A stretch of 52,532 nucleotides of DNA, counting the filler, from Squatina squatina (lineage: Eukaryota): assembly GCA_031763465.1 (NCBI GenBank). It is 3 parts of 3 records of this genome, joined end to end, with 100 filler letters (N's around TTAATTAATTAA, not from the genome) between each part and the next. Parts side by side here need not be neighbours in the genome. Positions count along the whole stretch, not along the records: positions 25,306 to 39,798 come from JARFOE010000235.1; positions 39,899 to 52,532 come from JARFOE010000100.1; 1 more part is not named here. The stretch is one strand, 5' to 3'. The position numbers and the translations under genes are program-made. Position 1 is the first letter of the stretch. Each line of letters starts with the position of its first letter. This document shows, piece by piece, positions 38,211 through 51,587 of the stretch. The notes under the pieces were generated by a model that had not been told where the DNA came from, did not search any database, and worked only from the letters and a program-made list of their open reading frames with translations.

Positions 38211-39842
38211 TTCCATTCTTCTTTCTACTTAGGGTGTAACTGAATTTCCACAACATCCCAAGTCACTTGTAAATTAAGCTTTAGCGTAACCTTGAATTTA
38301 TTTAGAAAAATACCATTTTGTGTTTAAATACTGGGACAGCTTGAAGAGCTTAACACATGGTATTTCCACTGGCTGAACTCCAGGAGATAAACAAACAGAT
38401 TAGTGTTTGCAATGTTGAGGAGAAAGGGGTGGGATGGAAAACTTTAGACTTAAATGACACCGACGATTACAACTCTAAGGCGAACAGGCGTTCCTGGAAA
38501 TGAATGGGGAATAAAGGAAGAGCACGAGAAGTCGGGAAGCAGAGGTTAGTAGGCTGAGTGAACAGTGGTAAAATTCTGTGAACTTCCTCTGTAATCTTAG
38601 GATCAGTAATGTAAACTGAAATCACCCATCAGCACAGAGCAGTGATTAAACGTTGGACCTTCCTGGGCTGGATGTCGCAGTGCCACATCGAGTAAAGATA
38701 CGAAGGCATTGAGGGAGCTGCAATGCATTTGTTCTTAATTGAACACAATAGTTGTCATGAAAAAAGCAAAAGTCTTATCCAACATTTTTGTTTTTGAAAT
38801 GTGGAAGAAGAGTTAGAGTCAATTTACTTAGAATTTACGGNNNNNNNNNNNNNNNNNNNNNNNNNNNNNNNNNNNNNNNNNNNNNNNNNNNNNNNNNNNN
38901 NNNNNNNNNNNNNNNNNNNNNNNNNNNNNNNNNNNNNNNNTCCCTTCTGCATTGCTGAGGAAATGAAATAGGACCTACAAAAAGGTCAAAACTGATGTTC
39001 GTGTTGCTTTAAGTGGGGAAAAAAAAACCTATAATAAAGGGCTTACATAATGGTTAGATGTGACATGATTTATAATTGTCCCTGGGTAGTATAATGATTA
39101 TGACAGCGTGGGGAGAAGCTACAAGTTCATACATTAAATGAGGTACCAACAGGCAACAATTGGTCTTCGAGCAGACAGAGTCAGCTGACTGTAATCTCTT
39201 CTGTTTTTTTTCCATTGGATCGGTACTAATCTATCGTAACTGTATTTACCTACACGCGAGAAGATTTGTTGAGCTAAATTTGATGTCTTGCGCTTGGCTG
39301 ACACATTTCTGCTATTAGTCATGCAGTAGATTTGTGACTGATGTAATTAATACCCTAATTTACAAAGTTCCTTATTCATATTTCATACTTAAAATGGCAG
39401 AATGTGATTAAAGTGGTTGGTTATGTATATTAATATTTACTGCATGTAGTGACAGCAATATCTCATGAACACATGCATTAAACTCAGTTAAGATTCCTTT
39501 ACCATTCACATCATTTCTCTCAAATACTTTCCAATTTTGACAACACATTACTACGCCCCAATAGAAGCCGATTTTACTTGCTGTTAACAGAATGTCAATC
39601 TGGCTCCTCAAAGAAAGAAAGGGTAGCGCTGGAGAGTAAAACACGCTCTTGTTTTTAAGGTTTTGAGCACCCAGCCCTCCTAGGTCAGTTGCAGAGTAAA
39701 GCTCTGACCCAACATTCACTAAAAAGCCCAGATCTGGTCATTATCACATTACTGTTTGTGGGAGCTTGCTGTGAGCAAGTTGGCTGCCGTGTTTCCTANN
39801 NNNNNNNNNNNNNNNNNNNNNNNNNNNNNNNNNNNNNNNNNN

Positions 39843-39854
39843 TTAATTAATTAA
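39843..39854. other. Artificial six-frame stop linker inside an N gap
   Basis: TTAATTAATTAA between N runs. Confidence 0.9.
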
Positions 39855-41686
39855 NNNNNNNNNNNNNNNNNNNNNNNNNNNNNNNNNNNNNNNNNNNNCA
39901 GCAACTACCATATTTTTGGTTGTTGTAAAACAATTGAAATCCAATAGAACAAATTAAGCAGTGATTCTTAGTGCAACTTCTAGCATTCGTTACAGTAATA
40001 TATGTTTATCTATAAGTATATCATTGTATAAATTTCCATTGAGAAACGTTCCCTGTAAAATGCCGCTTGCCCTAGGTAGGTTGACTTTTGTGTGCACATT
40101 TTCACTGACATGGTTTTCAGTGAGCTGACCCAATCTCTTAACCCACAAAATTCCTTGAAATTCACAAATCACTTACCTCACTACAAGAGTTAATCAGAAG
40201 GCATCATAAAATGTTATCACTATCATTCTGGGGATCTCAGTTTGATCATGGAAGGCACTCTTTATATTTAGGCCTCATGTCATTAATCCACCCTAACTCT
40301 AAAATGATGATCTCAGTAAATAATCTATTATCATTGTGCAGCTGTAATGGATTAAAACAATTTTAGTAAACTAGGAAGTAAATAGTGTTACACTGAGAAC
40401 AGTTAATATTGGAGGAGGGAAAAATAGATAGAAATGATTAAAAAAATGTCTTTCCTGTTCTGGATAAAAGACAATGGAAGCAAAAGAATAAGAGTACTTG
40501 GATAAAAACATTCATATACATTAGTATTGTTGAAATTAGTTTCACGATTTTGCATAGTAGCTAAAAACTTTAAAATATATTTGAACAAAAGTCTGATGCA
40601 AAAGCTATCATACATTATTGACAAAGGACACTGTAGTCTGTAAAAATGAAACAGCATAAACAGTTGAAAAGTTTAATATAGTTTCAGCTAAAAACTGAGG
40701 CTGCAGTCGGAATAAATACAAGTATTCCATATTCCCTTAGTAATCCAAATAAACTTATGTTTATACACATAAAGTCTGCATGCCTGAAGATGCTCCTAGT
40801 TTGGTAACATGTTTGACTTTATACAGTTCATAGTATGATGCAGGCTGAAGTAAAATAGTGTTATTTGAGATGATTAAACACAGACCTGCTGTGCAGTCTT
40901 GTTACCATAATTCATCTTTTCCATTTCCCTCATCCTTACTGCTGCCAGCACCACCACCTTCATTGTCTACATACACTCCAAAAAAGCAATATTTCAAAAC
41001 AAAGCAAAAAAAAAGTGAGGCCAATAAAACACAAAACAGGAAGATACCAGATTATTTAAGGCTAAAACTTTCTGTCAAGAGCTCTATGTGCTCTGTATTG
41101 CCGGTAGCCTTCTCTAATTTTGTAAGCAAAACATGCATTCAAAAGGACTAGTTAAAAGAGAACATATTACAATTTGATATACATAAGTATTTGAGATAAT
41201 AATCATCTTAATTTTAATTTAAAGCATGAAATCAATCCTCAAAAGATATCCACTCTCTTTTAGGAATACACCCCGCTGGACCTCAAGCTCCTATTCTGTA
41301 GTACATTTTATGAGGCATAGCAAAGCCTCTTTTTTATATATTTTTTGCTACTACTGAATAAATATAAATTTAATATGAGTCATGCCATAAAACTATATGA
41401 AAAAGTTGCACATCATTATTGCATGCTATTTGTGATACTACATGCTGGCCGATGCTAATATTACAATGAGTTTAAAATGGCTGAGGTCTTGTATCAAAGC
41501 GATAAACATTACATTTCACTACAGCTGGTAAATAAACATCTCAGAATGCACGTAGTGCTAATTAAACTGTGCCCTATTTTGTAAATAATAAATGCAGTAT
41601 ATTTGTCCCATTAAACTTTGAAAATTACAGTAGAATTGTCTTTGATCAAAAATTAGATTTTAGCGTCCATCAAAAAGTTCCTGAAG

Positions 41687-42282
41687 TTACGTAAAACGAT
41701 CAGAGTTCATTTTCCTCAGTTTGGGAGGAAGGTTTCCCTCAATCCTTGAACCACCTGCTAATCTCTGTAGCTTTGGTGGCAGGTCAGCCACAGACTGGCT
41801 CATTGGGTCACAGGCCACCTTACTGGTCTTTGGCACCAATTTTTCCTCAGAATTTCCAGGAACTGAGCTGATTCGTTGGAGCTTCAGAGGCAGATCACCC
41901 ATACTATATGCTTTTTCTGAGGTGGTAGAACTCATTCTTAGCAATTTTTTTGGTAGGTCTTCCCTCCCTGTGATCTTCTGCAATTTCAGTGGTATCCTGG
42001 TACTTAGGTCATCAAGACTATCGAAGCAGTCCACAGAATCATTTCTATCTGGTATAATGCCTCTGCTGTTGTTAACAGCTGGGGCCATCAAAGGAGAGGA
42101 CATGAACAGCATTTCCTCTTGTTCTTTCACACTGTATGGTGGTGTTGGAATTTCAAATGTTGCATGAAATTGTGAGTAGTCTACTTTGAAGAATCCTTCT
42201 TCCAGAGAAATAACTGGGAAAAAACGATTACCCCAAAGAACTTCATCTTCTGTGTATGATGTCCTAGCTTGGCAAGTCATGC
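41687..42282 (-). CDS. KCNJ3: G protein-activated inward rectifier K+ channel 1 (GIRK1/Kir3.1), last exon
   Basis: ag|[44 protein letters not shown]...[14 protein letters not shown]. Confidence 0.96.
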
Positions 42283-43721
42283 CTAGAGGAAAAATACAAA
42301 TGTAAATAAATAATTCTGTCAGAATTTAAGCTAGACCTGAAATATATATTGTACAATATATAATGCTATATATATATATTACATATAGATATATATATAT
42401 AGCATTAATCTGATCACTTGATGCTTAAAATTCAATGGGCAGGTAATTGCTAACCACTATTTAAAAGTCAAAAACTAGGCATCTAACTACCATTCCATCA
42501 TCAACATTGGCCCTGAAATTGCAATCGGAGGCTTCCTGCGTGCGGAGGCCTCAGATGGCAAAAATATTTACGTACTTACCTGACAGTCCTTGATCCACGT
42601 GACCTTGCGAGTTTGAGCCCCCCCCACCGAGTTGGAGATTCGGAGTGAGACTCTGTAGATTCCTGGAGAAGTTCAGCAAACAGGCTGGAGGTCACATGGG
42701 AGGCCCCAACCAATCAGGTAGGAGTATCTTTCATTTAAGTTTTGACAGTTCTCACAGAACTGTCAAAACATGAATGAAAGATGAAAAGCAACAGAAACAC
42801 ATCCGAAAACATTAAAAAAAACTATTCTAACATTAAAATTTAATAAAAAGGAAATAAATAAGACAATTCTTTTTTGAAATTTAAAAAAAAATCTTTAAAA
42901 ATGTTTAAAAACATACTTACCTTACTGGGAATGGTTTTAAAGTNNNNNNNNNNNNNNNNNNNNNNNNNNNNNNNNNNNNNNNNNNNNNNNNNNNNNNNNN
43001 NNNNNNNNNNNNNNNNNNNNNNNNNNNNNNNNNNNNNNNNNNNTATTGATAAAATGAGCTGAGAAGCATCTGAACCAAGCCACATTTGGGCATTGGCAGA
43101 ATTGCCCAGTTTCTGTGGCTTGTATCATTAGCATCAAATGCAGCTTGTTCATTAGACTTTCGTGGTAGTAATTCTCTGTTAACTGGTGCCGAAAATCTTT
43201 CAGCTTGTATAAGGTACAATCCATTTTCATTTTAATTCCCTCGCTACAGAATTTCTTGATAAATACCATCAATGGAAGACATTTCACATATTATTTGTGT
43301 AAAAAACTGAACATTTCTTAATGAATCTCAATTTGCTTTGTGATGCATACTAAGCAGAGGATTTGAAAATGTATTTCATTATTAAAAGACTCCTGTAAAA
43401 AGCTGCATATGTGGCTTTAATAATTATGGAGTATTGCTACCAAGGCTGCATAATGACATGCTGATTACAGCTTTCAGAATACTGTAGAGATGGTGCAAAC
43501 TGCAGGGACAGAGCTCATATCATGGGGTTTCTGTGAGGATTTAATACAAGCTGATGCACTCAAACCACAATATACATTTTCTGTTGAATAAATTACTAAT
43601 AGGATCGAAATTGGCTCCCGCNNNNNNNNNNNNNNNNNNNNNNNNNNNNNNNNNNNNNNNNNNNNNNNNNNNNNNNNNNNNNNNNNNNNNNNNNNNNNNN
43701 NNNNNNNNNNNNNNNNNNNNN

Positions 43722-44212
43722 GGTACTGATCAGCCATGATCATGTTGAATGGCGTTGCAGGCTCGGAGGGCCGAATGGCCGACTCCTGCTCCTATTTTTC
43801 TGTGTTTCTATGAGTGCTGGGAACGGAACTCGCTGCCTTGCTGTAAGGAGTAATTGAGGTGCAGTGCACAGAGGGCTTAACAGGGCTAAATGCCGAGAGG
43901 CCATGTCCCCTGGGTGGAGAGTGCAGAACTCGGGGTCAGCCATTTTTAAGACGGAGATGAGGAAGAAATCACTTCACTCAGCGGGCTGCGAACGCTTGCA
44001 GTTCTCCACCCCAGAAGGCCGTGGATGCTCCGTCATTGAGAATATTCAAGATTGAGATCGTGAGACTTTGGGACGCCGAGGGAAACCAAGGGATTGTGGG
44101 GATGGTGCGGGAAAGCGGCGGTGAGGTCGAAGGTCAGCCATGATCGTGTTGAATGGCGGAGCAGGCTCGCAGGGCCGAGTGGCCTACTCCTGCTCCTACT
44201 GCTTATGTTATG
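43722..44212 (+). mobile_element. Two CR1/HER1-like 3' tail fragments
   Basis: Tails gaatggccgactcctgctcctattt (~43775) and gagtggcctactcctgctcctact (~44177). Confidence 0.8.
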
Positions 44213-46149
44213 TTCAAATCCAAATCACACCCGAGCCTGTACCAGGCTGAGCCTAGAAAAGTGCAGTTTGGGATCTGCTCTGTCAAACTACTTCATCTCA
44301 GATTTCAGGTCTCAAATTGACCATCCCGAGTTCAGTTTACCTTGGAATGAAATGTACTTCTTTGTAAAGATACGGAATACTCGGTTTTCACAAGGTGATC
44401 CAATTATTAGTCAACCAGTTACCAGAGCATTGGAATGATCATTAAATATTACATTACGTATCAGAACTAACACAAGGTTCATTTGTATTTTATTTCTTAA
44501 AAAGCTAGTCAAATTATTTCTAGTTCTACAAATAAGCTCCTTAATAAACACAATGGTGTTACAATAGTTACACTGATAGTCCTATCAATTCCATCCCCTT
44601 TTCTGCCCTACGCTTCTAAGGTGGTGACTAATGCTATATAGGTTCACTTGTGCCAGCCATGCTGCTAGTTTCATATATCAGAATGCCTGTCTTAAATGGT
44701 AAGTGCATAATTCTTGTATCAATCCAAGTGTCACACTATGAAGTCAACCAGAGCATTCAACTTTTGTGGTGTTCACTGACATTGATATTTTAAGAAAGCT
44801 ATTTTTAGTATTATAATAATCATTTTCCACCCACTGATAAAGCCGTTTTTAAGTGAATGCTCCATGATGCTCCCAGTCTACAGCATTAGGCAAACTATTC
44901 TGTCAATAAGCTTAATTTACCTCACATAATGGTGTTATCTTATTAAAAAGTCTTACCATTACTATATCCTTGTTCTTCTCTAACACCCAGTTTAGTTCCT
45001 CTTATTCCTTGGTAATTCCTTCTGTGACTGATTAAATTATTTCAGTTTCTAATCTGAGTAACAGCATTACCAAATATGAATAAATAAATTTTGTTGGATA
45101 AGATATCAAGAAATATGGAACAAAGGCAGGTAAATGGAGTTGCGGTACAGATTATCCACGATCTAACTGAATAGTGGAGCAGGCTTGAGGAGCTGAATAG
45201 TCTTATTNNNNNNNNNNTGAGTCTGTGCCCTGTCAAATTGTACATTTTAAACAGTGGTGCACATCTTATCGTGCAATTGCTACTTGTCTGGGCTATATCT
45301 ATAAAAACTACTGTTTCTCCAGTTCTGAACATTGCATTTTCTATACATCTAATATTTATTGTTATCTCTTTTTCAATACACCTATTTTCTTTGTTTATAG
45401 GCAGGCACTACAACCATCTTGTAAACTGTAAAGTCTGAATAAATATTTGAAGTATTAGCAGGATGCTTTACAGCAAATCTGTGTGTAGACTTAAATAATA
45501 ATCAGGTTTCATTTTTACTTTTATTTTCTGAAGGCATTCAAATTTGTCTCCTCATATTGTATAACTTCACCTCTAATATTCTATTCCCCTCGCATCTTCC
45601 TCTGTTGCGTTTGCAGAGCTTTGCCAATCTCTGCAACAGGAAGGCCAAAGTTTTCGCTCCTCTCCCATCATCACCCTTGCCAGATCACATCCTTTCCTCA
45701 TTACCTTTCCAGAAAACAGAGAGAGGATGGGGCATTGGTAATAAAAAAATGATAGCTGAAGTTGGGAACATGTGAGGGGACAAATTTAAAATGGGGTGTG
45801 ACCAGCCAATGATGTAGATTATATAAGTAAGTTTATTTAGCGAATATCATCAGGATTTGATTTTAGCATGAAAATATATTATTTCACAAAACAAGCCAAT
45901 AGAACTAACATTGAAGTAGTCAGGAATAAATACTGAAGAAGTCTATTGACATTGCTAGCATTACCCTAACTTTTAATAATGTGGACTGAACTCAAAAGTG
46001 ATGAGGAAAAGAATGATGAACTGTGCTAATAGTTATCAGTTTAATTGGACACACTCTGAATATTAAGGGGACACTTCACCCATGTATGCAAAAGGAACAT
46101 AATATGGTTAAATAAGGGGCAGATGACACAGTTAAGATTCCAATGCATT

Positions 46150-47400
46150 TCTGAAGTCAGCCTGCGCTGCCACAACCCACCCGTAAATCGTGGACGATAC
46201 AACTTAAAGGCATCCTCATCTGCTCGGTTCAAGCTTGTAGAGTGTTTTTTTTTTGGGCAAGTTAATTGATTCGAAAGTGCTTGTGGTGGTTCGGGGCAGG
46301 GTAACCTTCTGAAATCTTAAGCAGGCACTGGGGAAGCACTTCCTTTTTTTACCAAATTGGCATTTTCCTAACAATTCTAGTGGAAGAGGAGCAGCAGCGA
46401 CAGGTGAGCTGCAGCCTCAGGGCGACCAGCTAGGAGCAGGTGATCTTGTCGGGATCTTTAACCTCAGAGTCCAAAGGCCCGGGACAACAAGCCTGTATTC
46501 CTTTGAAGAGCCGGACATAAGGAGGCCTGCAAACCCACCGCCGCTGCTGGCACAGCACTGCTCCCTTCACTCAAGGTCACTGCAGCTCTGAATTTCTTTG
46601 CCTCCGGCTCCTTCCAGGCTGCCACAGGGGATATCAGGCAACATCAGTCAGTCTGCAGCTCGTGCTTCCATTAAGCAGCTGACCTGTGCCGTGTATGCTA
46701 AAGCAAGCACTTTCATGACGTTCCTCATGGACAACTGGAAAACAGCAGGATAGGGCTCTGGGGTTGAAGCAGATTGCACACTTTCATCAAGTTCAGGGTC
46801 TCATTAACTGCACCCAAGATGCCCTGCTGCGAGTCGTCTCCTGGGTTGTCCTTTCCACTTGCTCCTGCTCTTGCTCACTTGTGCCCTGTGAATCACCCAG
46901 CGCAGGCCCCTTAAACTCACACCAACCGAGGTGCCAATATCTACGCTGACGCTTGGAAGGGTAAGAGTGATCAGCAGTGCATCCTCTGGGAGGTTCTCCC
47001 CCCCGCCCATGTCTATGTGGCTGCAGAAGCAGGGCACACAGCGACAAGGGTTAGCATGCAATGGCAAAGGTAAACAGTAGCAGATGGGTGGCAGCGGAAC
47101 GCAGCCCCTGGCTTTCATGCTGTGGGTGAGCTAGAGAGTAGAGTGGAAAGAGAGAAGGGGAAAATTCCCCCAAAAACCTCCTGTGCATGACCTCCAGCCT
47201 GGCCATCACCAATGCTGCAGGTCCTCCCTCCGCCACCGACAGTGATGGTGACGTCCTCCACTGGAGTCAAAGCTTACAACAGGCCGGGACCTCCACATGT
47301 TCTTAAGGTCTCCCATCGATTGTGTGCCAGCTTCTCCTGCAAGAGCGCGAGCGGAGTCATTGCTCACCCTGTTTAAGCGTGAGGCGGCTTAACAATCGTG
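46150..47400 (-). mobile_element. Possible Harbinger-type transposon Myb/SANT-like ORF remnant
   Basis: Minus-strand exon-like EKLAHNRWETLRTCGGPGLL*ALTPVED at ~47200-47337 resembles the K.AHNR.E...TGGG...LTP.EE region of Harbinger Myb-like proteins; boundaries approximate. Confidence 0.4.
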
Positions 47401-47674
47401 TGCCTGCTGACCAAGGGCCAAGGGCAGGGGTCACTGTCAGGACAGAATCAGGTGTTGAGCATGTGAGTGCCAAGTGAAGGAGGTGCAGTGAAGTGCTCTA
47501 TTGTAATTGGAGGAAAGGCTTGTGAAGTGGGGGGGATTGACAGTCCTGAGGTTAAGGTCTGGTTGTTACAGGGCNNNNNNNNNNNNNNNNNNNNNNNNNN
47601 NNNNNNNNNNNNNNNNNNNNNNNNNNNNNNNNNNNNNNNNNNNNNNNNNNNNNNNNNNNNNNNNNNNNNNNNNN

Positions 47675-48016
47675 GGACCAATCGGGTCCGGCCAGCAGTA
47701 CTTCCCGTGGATCCACGTGGAGGACCTGGGTGGGATTATCGCGCACGCGCTGGAGCGCGGGTCAGTGACGGGCATACTGAACGGGGTGGCTCCCGCCCAG
47801 AACACCAACGGCGAGTTCGCCAGGGCGATGGCAGCCAGCCTGAGGCGACCGGCAGTGCTGCCCCTGCCATGGTTCGCGGTGCAGGCGGTGCTGGGTGCCG
47901 AGCGAGGGGTCATGCTGCTGGAGGGCCAGCGGGTGGTGCCTGAGCGCACTTTGCAGAGCGGCTACAAGTACCGCTACCCCGTGCTCCGGGCTGCCCTGGA
48001 GGACATCGTGTCCTGA
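47675..48016 (+). CDS. SDR39U1: Epimerase family protein SDR39U1, last exon
   Basis: GPIGSGQQYFPWIHVEDL...GILNGVAP...LLEGQRVVPERTLQSGYKYRYPVLRAALEDIVS*; AATAAA at 48290-48295. Confidence 0.93.
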   Translation, partial: GPIGSGQQYFPWIHVEDLGGIIAHALERGSVTGILNGVAPAQNTNGEFARAMAASLRRPAVLPLPWFAVQAVLGAERGVMLLEGQRVVPERTLQSGYKYRYPVLRAALEDIVS

Positions 48017-48369
48017 CACTCGCGACGCCCCACTCCCTCGCGCGTATGAAGAAGTCCGGGAGGGGGAAGGAGCGAGAGGCGATGGCAAAGTCGGGGTCAG
48101 TAGATGGGGGGGAATGTGAGGTCAGAGAACGGTAAAGGTTGGGGGATGGCAACGTTGGGGGTCAGAGGGCGAGGTCGATGGAAAATTGCAGGATCTGAAG
48201 TTGCGGACTTGTTGCAAGATCCCCGCCCCCACTCCACGCTGTCGGTCCCGTTGAATTTCGCTTGTGTCTAAACCAATTACTCGCAAAGCAATAAAGGATT
48301 GTTTTCTTTTGCTGTCATTGTGTTGAGTTGCTGTGTCCTGTCACGTCTGTCAAGAGCCTTCACCACATC

Positions 48370-48805
48370 GTCATAGAATCAGGAGGCCATTCGGCCCCTC
48401 GTGTCTGTGTCAACTCTTTGAAAGAGCTCTTCGATTTAATCCCACTTCCCTGCTCTTTCATAGCCCTGTAAATTTTCCCCTTCAAGTATTTATCCAATTC
48501 TACTTTGAAAGTTATTATTGAATCTGCTTCCATTGCCCTTTCAGGCAGTGCGTTCCAGATTGCAATTCGCTGTGTAAAAACATTTCTCCTCATCTCCCCC
48601 TCTGGTTCTTTTATCAATCACCTTAAATCTGTCCCTTTGGTTACTGACCCTCCTGCCACTGGAAACAGTTTCTCCCTATTTACTCCCAAAATCCCTCCAG
48701 TAAATCTCCTCTTAACCTTCTCTGCTCGAAGGAGAACAAGACCAGCTCCACGTCGCTCAAGTCCCTCAACCCCGGTACGATTCTGGTAAATCTCCTCTGC
48801 ACCCT
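48370..48805 (-). mobile_element. CR1 LINE 3' fragment
   Basis: EMRRNVFTQRIAIWNALPERAMEADSIITFKVELDKYL. Confidence 0.8.
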
Positions 48806-49524
48806 CTTCCTGACTGTTTATAAAAGTACGCAGGCATTGGAGGGGCGGGGAGAACGGGATAATCCAAGGCAAGGCGGACGGCACCGTATTTCGGATGAGA
48901 CATTAAGCCGAGGCCCCAACTGCCCTCCTAGGTGGGCACACGAGATCCCACAGCCACCACACTGAAGAGCAGCCTTTTTTATTTACTCCACCAAAATCAA
49001 AAAATAAAATATGAATTTGTTCCAACAATGTACATACAACAGGACGGTTGTGATTTGTGGTTGTCCTTTCTGATATTGCCACAAACAAAAGCCTGTTCAT
49101 TGGCGAAGTGCTGCATGAACCATCTGCTTACAGTCTGCAGATGCAAATATGTATGCCCTCAAAGTACCAATTGAAATATCTCATCTAATCAAATCATAAT
49201 TGCCGTTTCTAGTGAATTCAGACTTTTAGGCTCTTCATTAAGAATAAAATGCCTGTGCGAATGCAGGTATACATTCAGCATGTTTTGAGATGAACCACAG
49301 CTGAGCCACTTATCTTAATGTTTTTTGAGCTCGGGAGGGAAAAGTAAGGCAAGGACCCGACTCCTGATTGTGATGCAGTGGCTTCCATTGGAAAGTGTGT
49401 ATGAGTGCTGGGTCAGGGCAGGGAATTGGTTCAGCTGTGATGACCTTTGCACTGAAATTACTTGGCAATTCCCCCTGTCTACGCTTCACACTTGAAGAAT
49501 GGCTATTTGGGTGAGGTGCATAAG

Positions 49525-49850
49525 GGCATAAGAAATATGAGCAGGAGGAAGCCATATGGCCCCTCGAGGCTGCTCTGCCATTCAATAAGATCATGGGTGA
49601 TCTTCTAAATCAACAACACTTTCCAGTCTTATCCCCACATCCCTTGATTCCCTTAGTGTCCAAAAATCGATCGATCTCTGTCCTTGAATATACTCAATGA
49701 CTCAGCATCACAGCCCTCTGGGGTAGAGAATTCCAAAGATTCACAACCCTCTGAGCAAAGAAACTTCTCCTCATCTCAGACCTAAATGGCCGACCCCTTA
49801 TCCTGAGACTGTAGCCCCTGGCTCTGGACTCTCCAGCCAGGAGAAACGGG
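49525..49850 (-). mobile_element. CR1/HER1-like LINE 3' end
   Basis: cataagaaatatgagcaggagg..ccat...ccctcgag...gggtagagaattccaaagattcacaaccctctg. Confidence 0.85.
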
Positions 49851-51263
49851 GATCAAAGGGAGGTTGGAGAACCAGGACCCAGGATGAGACCGGAGAGTCT
49901 GGGTTACAAAAGAGNNNNNNNNNNNNNNNNNNNNNNNNNNNNNNNNNNNNNNNNNNNNNNNNNNNNNNNNNNNNNNNNNNNNNNNNNNNNNNNNNNNNNN
50001 NNNNNNNNNNNNNNTAAAAACAACTGTCATGAAAATACTAGGTATGGATATTAGGGTGCAAATGCTGAACACAATTCTCCAAAATCCCACTCTCCACTAT
50101 TCTAATGGAAGCATTAAGTCATTGAAAAATAAATGGGTTCATGAATCGACTACAATAGGTAACAGATGAATTTTAGAAAAATGTGTCAAGCAGTCGTACT
50201 TTAATAACCCTCTGCATAACTTGAGAGCAAATACCCTTTTACAGCTTCATAACTAATTTGTCATATACTTCAACTACACTGTCGTGCATCAGTTTTTCGT
50301 CCACCTGCGTAACTAGGCCTTTTATAAAACCCCCTTCACTGGCAGCACTCCTGGCTTATATTTTTTATAAGATTAGTCCTACTAATGCCTTTTCATTTAA
50401 AAAAAATACCAATTAGGTTTCCATAGAGCCAATGCTCTACATGCTGAGCAGGAAATAAAATGTGCTCCCCTGGAGGCTACTAAAAAACTTCTGAAATAAC
50501 ACTTAATAAGCTTTAAAACACATACCGTTGGTTCAATTCCCTGATTGCATTTGTTCTCTTCTCTGAATGAAACAAAGTCCCACAAAATGTCCATTTCATT
50601 GCATTTCTGTAGCTTCCTGGCGATTGGCAGGATTATTTTTAAAAATATAATTCTAATGAGATTTTGTTCAAAAACAATCTGTGCATTTACAATCCAAGAT
50701 CAAGCACTAATACCCAATGGATCATCGATAAGTTAAGTAAATGACTTAAATGCGACAAACTACAACACTAAGAACTATGCTGATTTTCTGAAAAAAGTAA
50801 CTCATTGAAACCTAAACTAATGAGGTTGAACTTGTTTCACACCCTTCAGCAGTATTTTAATATTAAGAGATAACAATTGCTGGAGATACTCGGGAAGGGT
50901 TATGCCCCATTGGCATTATATAATTGGCTTTCAGTTAAAATTGAAATTCATTACTCGTTTTTAAGATGCCTCTTTTGATGACATGCCCCAATTATCTTCG
51001 ATTACTGGCAATGATAAAAGGTTGGTTGACTGTGTATGTATACAAATGACCAGAAATTTCAAATTTGTAGCTTTCCTTTTTGATTCATGATTAATGCAAC
51101 ACCCATCTTCCAGCCCATGTGAAGCTCTGCGCTTCCACGCTGATTTCTCAGTAGTTCCATCACAAAACGTAATCTCCTTCAACAGTTACTTGATCACAGT
51201 GCGATTCCCAAAGGGACTCGCTGGCACTTACGCTTTGCTGAAAGTGCAGGTCGTTTCACTCAC

Positions 51264-51587
51264 CAGTCGTTTCGACGATTCCCTCAAGAATAACGACTAT
51301 CTCGAATTGCTCCGTTCGCATTGATCGCTGAGAGAGGTCGTAGAAAGGGCTCTTGGTATCAATCACATGGCAGATAGTGAGTGGGGAGACGAGGAAAAGC
51401 TGATCTGCCCCTGTGCTAAATCCCACGTCCAGTTCTAGTTGATCGAGGGGCAAGAATTCACCCNNNNNNNNNNNNNNNNNNNNNNNNNNNNNNNNNNNNN
51501 NNNNNNNNNNNNNNNNNNNNNNNNNNNNNNNNNNNNNNNNNNNNNNNNNNNNNNNNNNNNNNNTTCACCCTCGGTCGTCTGCCGAGA
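51264..51587 (-). CDS. KCNJ3: KCNJ3 exon 2 (interrupted by an N gap)
   Basis: SRQTTEGE / [66 protein letters not shown]|gtgagt. Confidence 0.95.

Noticed and set aside
41721-42167. 148-aa plus-strand ORF
   Set aside because: Antisense shadow of the KCNJ3 exon.
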